From positions 1-64,000 of the forward strand of contig CAVXJS010000010.1 in the NCBI GenBank assembly GCA_963762145.1: a stretch of DNA of 64,000 nt, in the 5' to 3' direction. The notes under the pieces are model-generated. The model ran no database searches. It worked only from the letters and a program-made list of their open reading frames with translations, and was not told the DNA's origin. Below are positions 61,369 to 64,000 of this stretch, in pieces. The stretch comes from an uncultured Candidatus Rokubacteria bacterium (GTDB lineage: Bacteria > Methylomirabilota > Methylomirabilia > Rokubacteriales > CSP1-6). A program made the position numbers and the translations under genes. Positions within the stretch are counted from its first letter, which is position 1. Every line of letters begins with the position of its first letter.

Positions 61369-63993
61369 ATGAAGAGGGCGCTGGCTGCCCTGCTGGGCGT
61401 CCTGGTCGTGCTCGGAGCGGCCCTCTACTTCTTCGTCGCTCGCCCCATCCTCCGGCCCTCCGAGGTGACCGCGGTCGCGGAGAGCGCGCTCGCCACGGAG
61501 GACCTGCTCGTGCTCGGCGGGATCAACGTCAGGCAGGCCGTGTTCCTGGAGCGCTGGTTCCTCGGGGCGCCGCGCGCCTCGACGGCGCAAGCGGTGCCGA
61601 CGACCGCCGCGGTGGCGGACCGATCGCTCCTCGAGCACCTGCGGGCGGCCGGCGTGGATGCGCGCCACGATGTGGACCACGCGCTCTATGCGCTCTACCC
61701 CGCCGCCGCCGGGACCGCCCGGCACGCGGTCGTGCTGGTCGGCCGCTTCAACCCCACGGCCCTCAACACCTACCTGACTCGTGAGCTGCGCGCGGCGGCG
61801 CGGGCCGGGGCGGCGCCGGCATCCTACGAGGTCGCCCGCACGGATCCCGCCACCTGCCGGCCGGCCGCCACCTGGATCGTGACCGTCACCCCGGAGTGGA
61901 TCATCCTGGCGGATCCGGCCTCGCACGCCGCCCTGCTTGCGCGCCTCGCGAGCCCGCCGTCGGAGAAGCGGGAGCCGCTCGAGTGGTGGCGCACCCTCGC
62001 TCGCGCGGACGTGGCCAGCGTGGCGATCACGAGCCTGGACCGGCTGGAGACCGGGCTCTCCCAGCCGTTCGTGAAGGACCGCGCGAAGGCCCTCGCCTCC
62101 GAAGGCAACGCCTTCGCGCGCGTGTACGTGGGTCTCGGGGTGAAGCCGGTGCCGCCGCAGGGCGTGCTCCGCTTCGTGATCGACGCGAAGGACGCCGGCG
62201 GTGGCGCGGAGCGGATCCGAGCCTGGGAGCAGACGGTGAACAGCTCCCGGGCCCGGTGGCAGGACAGCATGCCCAGCGTGGCCGCCCTCTACGACAGCCT
62301 GAAGGTTCGCGCCGACGGCACGCGGAGCACGATCGAGTTCACCGTCGACCGCAGCCTCGCGGCGAGCTCCCAGCGCGTCGTCGGCGAGCTCCTGGCCGCC
62401 GCGCTGGGCGGGCTCGGAGGACGGGTCAGCAGTCCGGCCGCGGCGCCGCCCGCCGAGCAGATCGACACCCAGCCCCTGACGTTCGTGCCCGCGCTCGCAC
62501 CGGGGTCGCTGCCCGCCTACGACCCGCAGGTGCCGTTCGCGGAAGAGGTGGACCAGATCCAGGGGCCCTTCGGGCTCCGCCTCGGCGAGCTGCGGCTGAG
62601 CGCCGACCCCGCGGCCGGCCTGGAGCTGGTCATCGAGGGGTTCGCGAAGGAGATCCCGAATCTCGGCGGCAGCGACGAGCGCGTGCGCCTCGTCATCGAC
62701 AGCGTCAAGTCCACCGGCGGGCAGGAGCTGCTGCGGCCCGAACCGTGCGGGCGCGAGCGCAATACGAAGCCGGAGTCGTTCAGGAGCTGGGGATCCAAGC
62801 AGCTCAAGGCGACCAAGACGGTGCGCCTGATCCCCGGGGCCGATCCCGCCGCGCTGAAGAGCATCTCGGGCCGGGTTCAGCTCCGGCTGCCCACGAGGAC
62901 CGAGGTCGTCACCCTGGACCACCCGAAGCCCGGCGCGTCCGTCGACAAGCTCGGCGCCGTCTTCAGCGTCACCGCGGTGGAGGGCGGCAGCGTGTCGTAC
63001 CAGATCTCCGGCGCCCGCGATCGGGTGCTCCTCATCAGGGCGCTGAACAGTAAGGGACAGCCGCTGGCCTCTCCGAGCAGCTTCTCGTCCGACTTCCTGT
63101 TCGGAGACGGCCTCTCCGGGCAGAAGAACTACGCGGGGTCGATCGATCGTCTCGAGGTTGTCTTCGCCGCCGAGGAGGAGGCGCTGGAGCTGCCGTTCAC
63201 GCTGGCCGACTTCGCCCCCTCGGGGAAAGCGGGGAGTGTCGCCCTCGATCGAACGCCGCCGTTTCGCCCGTACAGCCATCAGGCCCTGCAGCGGGACTAC
63301 CCGCGCCCGGGCCGCGGCGGGACCGGGCTCGAGCCCTTCGAGCTGTCGCTCGACAAGGTCCAGTCCTTCTTCGGATTGAAGCTCGACGTCACCCTGCGAA
63401 GCCCGGAGATCCCGGGCTTCGAGAAGGCCTTCGGGGTCGGGCGGCTCCGGCTCACCCGGGTCCAGCTCCAGGACGGCAGCGTGATCGAGCCGCCCGCGAG
63501 CGAGGTGGCCGGCTCGGTCGCGGCGATGCGGTCGCGGTGGGACAGCGCGATTCGCTTCGGCGGCTCGCCCCAGGACGGACGGCTCTCGACCGCGATGACC
63601 TTCTTCATGGATTCGAAGGCCAAGCCCGAGGACGTCAAGGCGGTGCAAGGCGTCCTGACGCTCCGGTTCCCCAAGGCGCTCGACACGGTGGCGCTCGAGG
63701 ATCTGACCGTGGGCCGGCAAGCGCAGCTGCGCGATCTGACCGTCACCGTCGTGGCCCGGGGCCGGAAGAGCGTGACGCTCCAGACCAATCGCGACGGCGA
63801 CCGGGTCTACTATGTCCGGCTGATCGGGGCCGACGGCCAGGCCCTCGCGTTCTTCGGACCGAACGTCACCGAGGCGCCGGACGGCGCGTGGCGCTTCGAG
63901 CTGTCGCCGCTCTCCCCGGCCGTGAGAGCGGAGATCACGGTGGCCCGAGAGGTGGACCAGAAGAGCTACTCGGTGAGCCTGACGCCCAGGTAG
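61369..63993 (+). CDS. Large hypothetical membrane-anchored protein with internal tandem duplication
   Basis: Uninterrupted ~875-aa ORF, N-terminal TM, two homologous ~255-aa beta-rich C-terminal units. Confidence 0.82.
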   Translation: MKRALAALLGVLVVLGAALYFFVARPILRPSEVTAVAESALATEDLLVLGGINVRQAVFLERWFLGAPRASTAQAVPTTAAVADRSLLEHLRAAGVDARHDVDHALYALYPAAAGTARHAVVLVGRFNPTALNTYLTRELRAAARAGAAPASYEVARTDPATCRPAATWIVTVTPEWIILADPASHAALLARLASPPSEKREPLEWWRTLARADVASVAITSLDRLETGLSQPFVKDRAKALASEGNAFARVYVGLGVKPVPPQGVLRFVIDAKDAGGGAERIRAWEQTVNSSRARWQDSMPSVAALYDSLKVRADGTRSTIEFTVDRSLAASSQRVVGELLAAALGGLGGRVSSPAAAPPAEQIDTQPLTFVPALAPGSLPAYDPQVPFAEEVDQIQGPFGLRLGELRLSADPAAGLELVIEGFAKEIPNLGGSDERVRLVIDSVKSTGGQELLRPEPCGRERNTKPESFRSWGSKQLKATKTVRLIPGADPAALKSISGRVQLRLPTRTEVVTLDHPKPGASVDKLGAVFSVTAVEGGSVSYQISGARDRVLLIRALNSKGQPLASPSSFSSDFLFGDGLSGQKNYAGSIDRLEVVFAAEEEALELPFTLADFAPSGKAGSVALDRTPPFRPYSHQALQRDYPRPGRGGTGLEPFELSLDKVQSFFGLKLDVTLRSPEIPGFEKAFGVGRLRLTRVQLQDGSVIEPPASEVAGSVAAMRSRWDSAIRFGGSPQDGRLSTAMTFFMDSKAKPEDVKAVQGVLTLRFPKALDTVALEDLTVGRQAQLRDLTVTVVARGRKSVTLQTNRDGDRVYYVRLIGADGQALAFFGPNVTEAPDGAWRFELSPLSPAVRAEITVAREVDQKSYSVSLTPR

Positions 63994-64000
63994 CTGCTAG

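Noticed and set aside
1-64000. tRNA, rRNA, riboswitch, prophage or integron attC array
   Set aside because: No recognisable signatures were found by eye; an Infernal/Rfam and tRNAscan-SE run would be needed to exclude them formally.

Overview
High-GC (about 70%) bacterial chromosomal DNA. Its gene content (many LLM oxidoreductases, amidohydrolases, SDRs and Tat-exported ABC solute-binding proteins) resembles soil Candidatus Rokubacteria/Methylomirabilota; this taxonomy is an inference. The sequence looks like an imperfectly polished long-read assembly: bases 1..~1220 are an error-rich inverted copy of ~1240..2467 (fold-back), and many genes carry isolated indels, densest at 50.9-58.8 kb. Content: LLM/F420-type oxidoreductases, several amidohydrolases, an epoxide hydrolase, an IS1182-like element with terminal inverted repeats, two sugar ABC clusters, a PotABCD-like ABC system, and a Dpp-like ABC/amidase/deacetylase operon. 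Also present are a class III cyclase-alpha/beta-hydrolase fusion, MscS, a TM0106-type nuclease-helicase, an aromatic catabolism region (Rieske dioxygenase, C-C hydrolase, XDH-family Mo subunit, PaaK) and BoxC-like palindromic repeats. The most notable unexplained signals are: (i) five correctly spaced sigma-54 (-24/-12) promoters, three in front of small membrane/secreted proteins and two in front of a methyltransferase and an M48 protease; (ii) a displaced 69-bp, mostly synonymously diverged copy of the helicase 3' end that brackets the M48 protease gene like an att scar; (iii) a cluster of small proteins including an orphan HicA-like gene and a secreted pentapeptide-period beta-solenoid candidate; (iv) a cyclase with swapped D/R specificity residues; (v) an ~875-aa membrane-anchored protein with an internal tandem duplication. 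No rRNA, tRNA or CRISPR array was seen. No clearly complete novel multi-gene system can be asserted from sequence alone.
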